A DNA stretch of 64,000 nt from a virus. Its lineage: Duplodnaviria; Caudoviricetes. Positions 1-7,698 of the stretch are shown here, piece after piece. The stretch lies in the IMG/VR virus record IMGVR_UViG_3300031992_000021, positions 1 to 64,000 of that record; one strand, given 5' to 3'. The translations under genes and the position numbers were made by a program. Numbering within the stretch: the stretch's first letter is position 1; every line of letters starts with the position of its first letter. Under the pieces are notes generated by a model that was not told the DNA's origin, did no database searches, and worked only from the letters and a program-made list of their open reading frames with translations.

Positions 1-203
1 CCAATATGGAGGGAATGGGCGGTGTCCGAGCTTATTTCAAGAACCGAAACCACCTTAAACCCCTTCGGTGCGCATCCTTTGCAGAACTCGCTCGCCTCGT
101 CGATTGAAGGCTTGCGCACTCCTCGGATGCACACGCACTTATGCCTCTTGCGTTCCCTTCCTCGCTCAAAAGCGACCTCGTAGTATCGTATTCTCTTAGA
201 CAT
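1..203 (-). CDS. hypothetical protein, partial (runs off left edge)
   Basis: ATG at 203 overlaps the end of the upstream ORF. Manual translation MSKRIRYYEVAFERGRERKRHKCVCIRG... stays open to the window edge. Confidence 0.6.
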   Translation of the reverse strand, partial: MSKRIRYYEVAFERGRERKRHKCVCIRGVRKPSIDEASEFCKGCAPKGFKVVSVLEISSDTAHSLHI

Positions 204-420
204 TTCTGTCTCCTCTCGATTCTTTGCGTTCTCTGCGTTGCTTGATGACAAAGAGGATTACGTATGGCCAAAGGAGACCCAGAATAATCGTTGACTCCAC
301 TTTGACCCATACGCTTCCCCTAACCTTCGTGTAGTCCGTGTGAAGATACACATAGGCCGCCGCGAACGGAACGATGACGAAGTATAGCGCTGCCGCATAT
401 TTCGCCACGGTGGAAATCAT
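196..420 (-). CDS. small membrane protein (two hydrophobic segments)
   Basis: ORF 196..441. Start trimmed to ATG 420 (ATGA overlap with the upstream stop, GGGAGG RBS). Confidence 0.65.
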   Translation of the reverse strand: MISTVAKYAAALYFVIVPFAAAYVYLHTDYTKVRGSVWVKVESTIILGLLWPYVILFVIKQRRERKESRGDRNV

Positions 421-605
421 CTTCCCTCCCACTTGTCGCATACCTGGGCAGCGTCGGTGTAAAGGCCCGTACGTTCATCCTTCAAGTCGCTGTGAACGCA
501 CTGGTGAATACCGTCGTCCATCAGGTCTCGTCCATGTATGCACGTCGAGCAGCATCTGCCGCAGCTACGCAGGTTGTTCGCCTTCTTGAACTGTTCTGCA
601 GTCAT
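417..605 (-). CDS. small Cys-rich phage protein
   Basis: MTAEQFKK...CGRCCSTCIH...C..C. ATGA coupling to the HD gene. Confidence 0.6.
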   Translation of the reverse strand: MTAEQFKKANNLRSCGRCCSTCIHGRDLMDDGIHQCVHSDLKDERTGLYTDAAQVCDKWEGR

Positions 606-1225
606 GGCATCTTCCCGATGTTTTCCGTGATTCTGGTGGCAAGCTCGTCCGCGGCGATGATGACCGAAAGCAACGGGCACTTATCGCACGCCTTCCCGAA
701 GCTGTCGCGAGATTCGCGGTAGTCGGAGAGGTCCCAGCCGGCCATGTGCCAGCGGATCGCATAAATCTCGTCCTCCGTGAGATCCAGACCCATGCGGAGA
801 AGCCTTATCACGGACTTCTCGCCATGTCCCAGCGGACAGTGGCTCTGGTCGTTCTCGTAGGCGAGATACTTCTCCCAGCGGTCGTCCTTGTTCTTGCGGA
901 ACTTCTCGACCTGCCTGTACACCTCCGCCTTGCACACGTCGTGCAGAAGAGCGGCGATTGCGATGCTCTCCGGCCATAGCTTGTTCTCAAGCTCAGGGAA
1001 CATCTTCACCTGGACGGCGCGAATCTCCATCGCCTGCTCGTACACGTTCAGCGAATGCTGCAGCAGTCCGCCATCCTCGGCGAGGTGATGCTTCGCGGAC
1101 GCCGGCGCCTTGAAGAATCCTAGCTTCTCGATCCCGTCAAGGACCTTCTCGATGCCATTCCTGCCAGTTCCCATCAGAAGCTGCGTGAACAGCTCCTTGT
1201 TCTTCTCGATCTTTTCGTTGTCCAT
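602..1225 (-). CDS. HD-domain phosphohydrolase (YhaM-like phage family)
   Basis: Motifs APAS..HH....GGLLQHSLNV, LLHDVCK, GHGEKS, IRWHM, ADE. AAAGGAG RBS before ATG 1225. Confidence 0.9.
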   Translation of the reverse strand: MDNEKIEKNKELFTQLLMGTGRNGIEKVLDGIEKLGFFKAPASAKHHLAEDGGLLQHSLNVYEQAMEIRAVQVKMFPELENKLWPESIAIAALLHDVCKAEVYRQVEKFRKNKDDRWEKYLAYENDQSHCPLGHGEKSVIRLLRMGLDLTEDEIYAIRWHMAGWDLSDYRESRDSFGKACDKCPLLSVIIAADELATRITENIGKMP

Positions 1226-1236
1226 TGTTTCTCCTT

Positions 1237-1509
1237 TCATTTTCTGTAGTAAGCCGGGAAGTGCATCTTCACCGGCTTCATTTTGTACGTGAGCTTCCCG
1301 AACGCATCCTCGAGCGGGATCATGGTGCTTCCATCGTTCGCGATGTACGCCCATTTACGGATCTCATCAAGGATTCGTTCGGCAGCATACTTCAGGCAAG
1401 GCCAGTCGAGTCCGCCTGAACTCTCTATCAGCTCCCGATGCACAACCTTGCGCATCTGGTAGACGGTGAGCTCCACCATCTGCACCATTCCATCTTTCTT
1501 GCTCATCAA
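1237..1509 (-). CDS. hypothetical protein
   Basis: 90-aa ORF translationally coupled within the operon. Confidence 0.65.
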   Translation of the reverse strand: MMSKKDGMVQMVELTVYQMRKVVHRELIESSGGLDWPCLKYAAERILDEIRKWAYIANDGSTMIPLEDAFGKLTYKMKPVKMHFPAYYRK

Positions 1510-2705
1510 TTTCCTCCAGCCAGCATGGCCCTCATCGCAGTCAGGTCTGACATGTCCACGTTCTCTCCTGGTGCGAACGGATCCGTTTCAGGTTCTGCAT
1601 TTTCATGTTTTTGCTTCTCATGCTTCTTGACAGACTTCTTCGCCTTTTTGGCGGCTGCCTTCTGCTCTTCGGAAACCGGCGTGTACTTTTCACGCTCAAC
1701 TCCGCGATCAACAGCAGCAGAGACCTCTTCTGCCTTCTTCTCTGGTTCTTCTTCAGCAGTCTTCCTTGCGGCTTCCGCAAACTGGTCGTCAATCCTTCTT
1801 GCGTCTTCCTCCTGAGCATGCTCGTCGACAGCATACTTGTCTCCGTATGCGAACTTCATCGCCTCCTTGAGCGCCTCGATCTCGTCGGTTCCGTCCTCGT
1901 GCCTGTATCCGCGGAGCATGCCGGCCAGGCGGTCCACAATATCCTGTCCGCCTTCGGGCATTGCCAGGAACGTACCAGGCTCTTCCATGTGAAGCCTGTG
2001 CTGAAGGAGCGTCTCAGGTATCTTCGTCCTGAAGATCGTTCCGTTTGCGCACAACGCAGGACGAGCCACATACCCCTTCCCGCTCCACGCAATCTCGATC
2101 ACGAGCGCATCTTCCGGATTCGTGATGTCTCCGAACACGAGATTCCCGGAATCGTCCTTCTGGAACGCAAGCCCATCCACACGTGCGCCGTTCTTCTTCG
2201 TGGAATACAATATCCCCTTCATCACGGACTCGGAAAGCTCAGTGACGAACACCCCACCACGCGGAGCGGTCGCGTCGACGACGTTCGCGCAGAAGAAGTT
2301 TTTCACACGCGGAAAGACAGCACCCTCCACCTCGCCGGTCAGCCGCTTGCGCCCGTCTTTCGTGAGGTACGACCACTTGTCGCTTCTCGAACAGTAGTCG
2401 TAGAACGCGTCGTACGGATCGTCTGCTTCGAGGTCGAACGTCTTAGGGCTAAGAAAAGAGGTCTTCGCCCTGCGGTTTCCGTGGCCAACGAACTTCGCCG
2501 CACGAATGACGGTGTAGAAGTCAGACTCCTCTCCGTCAACAACGGCAGGCAGAAATCCCGTCGGGCTCGGATCCTTCGGATTGTATGCCGGCAGGATCGC
2601 AAGCTGTAGCGGACGCTTCTGGTCAGGGTAGATAAGCTCCACCCCCTCCTTGAAGTACGCCTGCACCGGCGTACGCGCAACATCTAAAAATCTCTTGAAC
2701 TTCAT
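1506..2705 (-). CDS. hypothetical protein, possible gp32-like ssDNA-binding protein
   Basis: 399 aa, AGGAGG RBS. Globular N-terminal part with a charged low-complexity tail; replication/recombination context. Function is inference only. Confidence 0.55.
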   Translation of the reverse strand: MKFKRFLDVARTPVQAYFKEGVELIYPDQKRPLQLAILPAYNPKDPSPTGFLPAVVDGEESDFYTVIRAAKFVGHGNRRAKTSFLSPKTFDLEADDPYDAFYDYCSRSDKWSYLTKDGRKRLTGEVEGAVFPRVKNFFCANVVDATAPRGGVFVTELSESVMKGILYSTKKNGARVDGLAFQKDDSGNLVFGDITNPEDALVIEIAWSGKGYVARPALCANGTIFRTKIPETLLQHRLHMEEPGTFLAMPEGGQDIVDRLAGMLRGYRHEDGTDEIEALKEAMKFAYGDKYAVDEHAQEEDARRIDDQFAEAARKTAEEEPEKKAEEVSAAVDRGVEREKYTPVSEEQKAAAKKAKKSVKKHEKQKHENAEPETDPFAPGENVDMSDLTAMRAMLAGGN

Positions 2706-2719
2706 CTATTCCTCCTATC

Positions 2720-2754
2720 GCCCCTCCCCGTTTCCTTTCGGGCGTGGGAGGGGC
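2720..2754 (-). promoter_or_regulatory. GC-rich hairpin directly 5' of the RBS of 1506..2705
   Basis: GCCCCTCCC (2720-2728) pairs with GGGAGGGGC (2746-2754). No U-tract. Confidence 0.4.
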
Positions 2755-2782
2755 ATATTCTACCACATGGCTACATGCCATG

Positions 2783-3895
2783 TCACATTGCCGCCATGGC
2801 CATGAGCTGGCCATTGGCAGATTCGATCCTGCCGGAGAGTTCGCGGAGACGGATCTCGCGCTCGAACCTTTCCTGGACGAGCTTGAAATACTTCCTCCTG
2901 CTTTCCCCAAGAGCGGCCACGTCAGCCTCGATGAAGGCCACCGTCTTCTCGATCGTACGGTTGTTCCCGATTTTCGGGAACCGACTCACCATGCAGGGCT
3001 TGCCATCAGCGAGGATGACAACCCCTCCAGAAAAGCCCTTCACAACGAGCTTGGCCTCTTTCGTTCCTCCGCTCACCGCGTCGACCGCTTCAGGGAAGTA
3101 CAGATACAAACCCTTGTTTGCGGCCTTTACGGACTTCTGGGCAGCCTCGACAATCGCCTTGGCGGCCTCGGGATCGCAACCGGCACCGAGAATGGACGAA
3201 TCGAGCCCGGCAGCCACCAACGCGGCGGCGGCCTTGTCGCGCTTCTCGCACTCCTCGGCGAGCGCCTCGGCGTCGGCCTTTATCGACTTGCGCCTTTCGA
3301 TTGCCGAGCGGGTGGCATCCACCTCGCTCCACACGGCGGACTTGATTTCCCTGAGAAGCCCTTCCTTCGAGCCGGCCCTGACGGCCGCGCATACGGGTGT
3401 GCGCCCGCTGCGTATGTAGATTCCCGCCTCGTCGTAATCCACAGACATGCGAACGTCGTCAATCCCGTAAGGGAAGTTTCCAGACTCCTTCACCATGTTT
3501 TCGAGCTTGTCGTTCGCAATGACGAGAAGGTCATTCACCTTATCAATCAAATCGTCGAACGCCATGCCCTTGAGCGGCTTTCCGTCGAACTTTCCCTTCT
3601 TCTCGGACTTCTCAGTTTTTTCAGGCTTTTCCGACTTGCCGCAAACCTCGTCGCGGGTCTTGTCGACTACAGCCCACATCGCACGCTTCGTGGCCTTGAG
3701 AGCCTTGAATACGTCAGCGTTTGGAATCGTCTCAACAATGTTCATGCCACTGCGAACGATTTCCGCGTCGGGACCATGCTCAACGGTGAGCACGACATCT
3801 TCCAACGGCTTCTTGTCGCCGCAGATGTTGACCAACTTGACGTTGGCCTTTCCGAGCACCTCGTCGAGCTCGGCGATCATTTCTTCTTTTTTCAT
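2783..3895 (-). CDS. hypothetical protein (Ala/Lys/Glu-rich, coiled coil)
   Basis: 370-aa ORF with AAGGA RBS. Confidence 0.8.
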   Translation of the reverse strand: MKKEEMIAELDEVLGKANVKLVNICGDKKPLEDVVLTVEHGPDAEIVRSGMNIVETIPNADVFKALKATKRAMWAVVDKTRDEVCGKSEKPEKTEKSEKKGKFDGKPLKGMAFDDLIDKVNDLLVIANDKLENMVKESGNFPYGIDDVRMSVDYDEAGIYIRSGRTPVCAAVRAGSKEGLLREIKSAVWSEVDATRSAIERRKSIKADAEALAEECEKRDKAAAALVAAGLDSSILGAGCDPEAAKAIVEAAQKSVKAANKGLYLYFPEAVDAVSGGTKEAKLVVKGFSGGVVILADGKPCMVSRFPKIGNNRTIEKTVAFIEADVAALGESRRKYFKLVQERFEREIRLRELSGRIESANGQLMAMAAM

Positions 3896-3899
3896 GTTC

Positions 3900-3995
3900 T
3901 TTTTCCTTGTTGTTCCCCTTGTGGGGGATTGTTTTTGTTGTTGCCTCCTTGGTAGGAGGACTTGTCTTGTTGTTCGCCCTTCCGGGCATTATCCG
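3900..3995 (-). promoter_or_regulatory. structured 5' leader with ACAAC tracts and short hairpins
   Basis: Minus strand reads ...CTCCT-ACCA-AGGAG...TCCCC-CACAA-GGGGA-ACAACAAGGA. The second hairpin recurs identically at 12777-12791. Confidence 0.45.
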
Positions 3996-3999
3996 CCCA

Positions 4000-5343
4000 T
4001 CACCCGATGAACGGAAGATGATCGACGTCTGGCACGGAGATCTGCGAGAAACCCATCTCCGCGTACCGGCGCCTTCTTGCCTCGTCGTTCCTCGCAAGCA
4101 TTCCAGGCCGCCCGTTGTGGGCATCCCAGTCATGTGAGAAATCGACGAGGTAGACCTTTCCCTTGTTTGTCCACGGGAACTTGTTCCCCGCGAACTCCCG
4201 TCCTCCGCATGTCACTGACACCATGACATTCTGCGCAGTAGCCGGCGGGAAGCATTCCCATGTCGACAGGACGATAGCGGAGTTCCCTCCGGCTATGTTG
4301 TCGAACGCAATCCTGAGATCCTTTACAGGAACCCTTTTGTTGACAACCGTAACGCCAGGACCGCGAATCATGTCCGCAATCTTCTTTTGAATCTGGTCGT
4401 CCGAACAGACTACGCATCCGATGTCTCCAGGAGTTCTGCGGGCAATCTCATTCACTACGCCGAGGAAGGCGTCGCACATGGCTATCGACGAGAGAGTCTT
4501 GAACGGAGCAGAGCCCCATCTTGCATTCGGCCGCGGAGACTTCAGCCAACACACCGTCACGGGCGCCGCGATTCCGGCGTCTGCCGCATTCTGGTATGTG
4601 GCAGAAGAGCACAGCGGGCCAAACAAGCCTTCGGCCGCAAGATCCAGTTCGCACGGAAGACCTCCACACGCCGTCTCGTAGATCCCCCATCTCGCCGCGT
4701 TGCGGAAGACGGAGATATCCCTGGCTCTCTTCACCATGGACTTCTCGTCGAAGGTGACGTCCCCTATGAGTATGCCAACCTCCTTCATGGGATATGCGTC
4801 AAGGCTTCCGTACGGCGCAACGAGAACATCGTCGCTCGAGCAGTCGCCAAGTCCGACATTCCTGTCCGGAAGAATCTTCCTCATGGAGAAGCAGATCCTT
4901 CTGGCATCCTCCCTGTCTCGGGCAGCCACTACAAGGTGTGGCGTTCCGCGCTCGGCCAGACGATCCTTGTGGAACGCCCTTGCGATAGCGGACGCGAATC
5001 CTGTTATCCCGAACATCTCGGGAATGGCCACCACTCCGCCTCCTGCGGACAGGGCGTCTTTCACTACGCCATGCCACACAGCATCAACGCCTTCCAGCGC
5101 CTTATCGACATCAGGTTCGGGCATGGGTACGCGCTCGTCCTTGACTGCATCTTCCGGACACAGCCCAATCACGCGTTCGGCAAAACCCGGCATCGTCACC
5201 AGGGAGTGATGCTCACGAGAAAGCGTGTAGAGCTCTTCATACTCTCCGCTTCCGTCGGATCCATGCCTGAACCTGCTCAGACCGGACATCAGCTCCTGGC
5301 TTGGATATTCAACCACGATGGAGCCTCGTCCGATGCGAATCAT
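4000..5343 (-). CDS. SF2 (UvsW-like) helicase homolog with degenerate ATPase motifs
   Basis: Layout resembles UvsW-type helicases (EGLFGP, VYLVDFSHDW, ARRRRY..MGF). The Walker A site reads IPEMFGIT and the Walker B site reads ILIGDVT. Start from ATGA overlap. Confidence 0.6.
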   Translation of the reverse strand: MIRIGRGSIVVEYPSQELMSGLSRFRHGSDGSGEYEELYTLSREHHSLVTMPGFAERVIGLCPEDAVKDERVPMPEPDVDKALEGVDAVWHGVVKDALSAGGGVVAIPEMFGITGFASAIARAFHKDRLAERGTPHLVVAARDREDARRICFSMRKILPDRNVGLGDCSSDDVLVAPYGSLDAYPMKEVGILIGDVTFDEKSMVKRARDISVFRNAARWGIYETACGGLPCELDLAAEGLFGPLCSSATYQNAADAGIAAPVTVCWLKSPRPNARWGSAPFKTLSSIAMCDAFLGVVNEIARRTPGDIGCVVCSDDQIQKKIADMIRGPGVTVVNKRVPVKDLRIAFDNIAGGNSAIVLSTWECFPPATAQNVMVSVTCGGREFAGNKFPWTNKGKVYLVDFSHDWDAHNGRPGMLARNDEARRRRYAEMGFSQISVPDVDHLPFIG

Positions 5344-5609
5344 GCAAGATTCCACCTTTCGAGCTCTACCTCCGTGAACCCAAGATTCGACATCCTCCTG
5401 TTGCAAAGGAACGCAACAAGGTACAGAATGCCGCACACGACAGCCGCACACAACGCGACGGCAAACGCCGTAGTGAACGCAGTGGTGCGCACCACCATAA
5501 GCGCAAATGCGAACAATGCCATCGCCGCCTTCATGGCGACAGACGCATAGTACATCGCAGCATCTTTCATACGAAGCGCCCAGTAGGCGCAACTCATCTT
5601 CTTGCTCAT
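5340..5609 (-). CDS. small membrane protein
   Basis: 89 aa with two hydrophobic stretches, AAAGGA RBS. Confidence 0.65.
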   Translation of the reverse strand: MSKKMSCAYWALRMKDAAMYYASVAMKAAMALFAFALMVVRTTAFTTAFAVALCAAVVCGILYLVAFLCNRRMSNLGFTEVELERWNLA

Positions 5610-5661
5610 CGTTTTGTTCCTTTCTTGTTATCCGGTTTGATTGCCGGAAATCTTAAAATTG

Positions 5662-5691
5662 AAAAGGCCCTCCGGACGAATCCGGAGGGCC
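5662..5691 (-). terminator. intrinsic terminator closing the pentamer array
   Basis: Minus strand GGCCCTCCGGA-TTCG-TCCGGAGGGCC-TTTT: 11-bp perfect stem, UUCG loop, U-tract. Confidence 0.85.
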
Positions 5692-5698
5692 GTCGGTT

Positions 5699-6406
5699 GC
5701 AGCCGAGCATTTGTGCGCAACACATTGGAATGCCGCACATAACTTTGCCAAGCCTGCCTGATCGCGCCCTTCCTGGCTACTACATACCAAACCATGCCTG
5801 CCGGTCCGGACAATTCCGAGATCCGCCAGACCCAGCCTAACCAAGCCTGCCATGCAGTACCGAGCCTAGTCGAGCATAACCAATCCGATCACAACCTGCC
5901 ATGCTATACCCCTTTGTGCATGACAATGCCTTGCCCTGACAAACAATGCCAGCCAGACACCACCAATCAGGGCCGGACATGACTCAACCAAGCAACTCAT
6001 TGCTTCGCCTGCCGCTCCGGTCTGTACCAGACCACTCCGAACCGCTCCGGACATTTCCCTACCTTGCCTGCCACACTCTTCCGTGCCAAACATTTCCGCT
6101 CTCTGCCTCTCCAAGCCAATCTTAACCTGCCGTGCCAAACTGCGCTGAACCGGGCCGGTCATAGCCGGACAAAACCGGACATAACCTGCCGAGCCAAGCC
6201 ATGCAGATCAACTCACGACCGGGCCGATCAGGACCGGACATTGCCTGCCTGGCTATTCATTGCTGATCCCCGCTATTCACCGCCGAACTGGTCAGAACCT
6301 AACCGATCCAGCCGGGCAATTCAACGGGCAACTCCACGCAGCTATGCTTTGCATTGCCTGCCGAACCGGACACCACTCTGTAGAGTCATGCCCGTCCATG
6401 CCTGCA
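5699..6406 (-). ncRNA. putative guide-RNA array: 13 units of 4-nt delimiter + 8-12 D-G-H-N-N pentamers (VIPR-like)
   Basis: Delimiter hexamers (+ strand CCTGCC and variants) start at 5699, 5753, 5797, 5846, 5895, 5949, 6008, 6067, 6126, 6185, 6244, 6308, 6357, 6401. Spacings 54,44,49,49,54,59,59,59,59,59,64,49,44 are all 5n+4. By hand count, 119/130 pentamers have G at position 2 and 0/130 have G at position 3. Confidence 0.85.
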
Positions 6407-6422
6407 ATGGCGGATTGTGTGA

Positions 6423-6848
6423 TTATTTGTGGGAATCGATTGCTGTCCAGATGTCACTCAGACGCCTGAGGTGCGAATAGCGTTCACGAAGTCCGCGAAG
6501 CTGCTCAAGAGCGTCCCTCTCGGCAACAGCCATGAGGTCTTGTCTCTTCGCTACGTCGGAAGCAAGGCGATACGGGTTTTCGCCCCTGCCGCCAAGCCTG
6601 TCGGTCGAAAGCCCGATGAACATCGGAACCTCCGTCTTCTTGCCGTTGTCTTCGCACACGACGCGAAACGAGCGGATAAGACGTTGCGCCTGGTCAAGCC
6701 GATACTTTTCGGCCGCCACGCCGTCGTTCCACTCGAATGCGCTATGCAGCGGAGACTTCTCGTCGCGAGCCTCGTCAACCACGGCCTGCGGGCGCAACAG
6801 TCCCCCGTTGCGCTCCGCAATGGCCTTCAACGCTTCGATCTGCGTCAC
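6423..6848 (-). CDS. conserved phage protein, partner of the RAMP-like gene
   Basis: Motif L.P..VVDEARD..SPLHS.FEW.D..AAE.YRL.QA..LIR. GTGA overlap with the upstream gene; ends 16 nt before the array. Confidence 0.85.
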   Translation of the reverse strand: MTQIEALKAIAERNGGLLRPQAVVDEARDEKSPLHSAFEWNDGVAAEKYRLDQAQRLIRSFRVVCEDNGKKTEVPMFIGLSTDRLGGRGENPYRLASDVAKRQDLMAVAERDALEQLRGLRERYSHLRRLSDIWTAIDSHK

Positions 6849-7549
6849 TTCTTCGACCCTTTCTTCTCAAGCTTCATGACCTCTTCCTTGGTCGAGATCT
6901 CGAAGAGACCCCAGCCCATGCCGGCCGAACTCGTGGAGTCGGGACGGCCCTCGCAGATGCCGACCTGCATGCCGACACGCGCAAGAAGGTTGATGATGTC
7001 ATTCGCACGGAACTGGTCGGCATCGTAGCGGAAGCGCAAACGAGCGCCCCATTCGAGCCACTGGGGACGAACGGAGATGTCGGCGACCTTCTGGATTCCT
7101 CCGACGCGCACCATGCTCTCAAGCATCCTCGGCTCGCCGCCGATGATCTTGACCAGAGGAGTGCCCTCGTCGGCATCCCAGCCGTCCTCGAGAATGAAGA
7201 TCGACAACTTGGCGAGGCTCATCTTGAAGCCTACCAAACGGCAGGCCGAGATGCAGGCGTTCCTGAACGCTGCGGCGGGAATGCCGTCCCATCCCTCAAG
7301 GGAAAGGTGGCGTGCGCCGTTGAAGCATTCGGTGAAATCCTTTGCCTCTTTCTTCTTCCCCTTCGCGGCCGTGCTGCCGGCCTCCTGCTTCGCCTTGATG
7401 GCCATCTTGGCCTTGTGGCTGAACTTATGAATTACCAAGGGCGAAATGCCCTTGATCCAGATCTCTCCGATCTGCATGTTCGGAGGTGCGATGTGGATCG
7501 CTTCCTGCTTGACGTTGGCGCTATCGGCCTTCTTGTTTTCTTTGCCCAT
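6845..7549 (-). CDS. Cas7/RAMP-like protein, putative RNA-guided effector
   Basis: RAMP-type motif order: IKGISPLVIH (beta1), GIPAAAFRNAC (P..S/A.K/R helix), C-terminal Gly-rich loop VGMQVGICEGRP....GMGWGLF. AAGGAG RBS before ATG 7549; 234 aa. Confidence 0.75.
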   Translation of the reverse strand: MGKENKKADSANVKQEAIHIAPPNMQIGEIWIKGISPLVIHKFSHKAKMAIKAKQEAGSTAAKGKKKEAKDFTECFNGARHLSLEGWDGIPAAAFRNACISACRLVGFKMSLAKLSIFILEDGWDADEGTPLVKIIGGEPRMLESMVRVGGIQKVADISVRPQWLEWGARLRFRYDADQFRANDIINLLARVGMQVGICEGRPDSTSSAGMGWGLFEISTKEEVMKLEKKGSKK

Positions 7550-7630
7550 TTTGGACTCCTTGTTGTTTTGTTCTTGTTGTTGCCGGAAGCCAACCGGACA
7601 TTTTCCCGGCACCCGCCGGTGGGCTGAATG

Positions 7631-7667
7631 AAAATGAAAATCCGCCGGAGTTTTTAAGTCCGGCGGA
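7631..7667 (-). terminator. intrinsic terminator or attenuator between sbcD and the RAMP-like gene
   Basis: Minus strand TCCGCCGGA-9nt-TCCGGCGGA-TTTTCATTTT. Confidence 0.6.
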
Positions 7668-7687
7668 ATGAATGCAGGTTCCCCTAC

Positions 7688-7698
7688 ATTATATTATA
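7688..7698 (-). promoter_or_regulatory. tandem -10 boxes (TATAATATAAT)
   Basis: Perfect TATAAT hexamers in an intergenic region of a ~58% GC sequence. Confidence 0.55.

Noticed and set aside
5759-5802. Contiguous joining of this unit's dinucleotides gives TGGCCTTGACATAAAT, containing TTGACA
   Set aside because: It is a single 6-mer hit among 13 units and plausible by chance. The gapped reading explains more units.
5699-6406. Canonical CRISPR array or simple microsatellite
   Set aside because: There is no 23-47-nt identical repeat. Pentamers are too variable at positions 4-5 and too regularly punctuated for a slippage satellite.
5628-6480. ORFs overlapping the pentamer array (5628..5813, 5653..5853, 5794..5982, 5866..6162, 6064..6480, 6260..6469)
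   Set aside because: They lack RBSs, have biased composition and cross the terminator. The 5-nt period and 5n+4 units are incompatible with codon structure.
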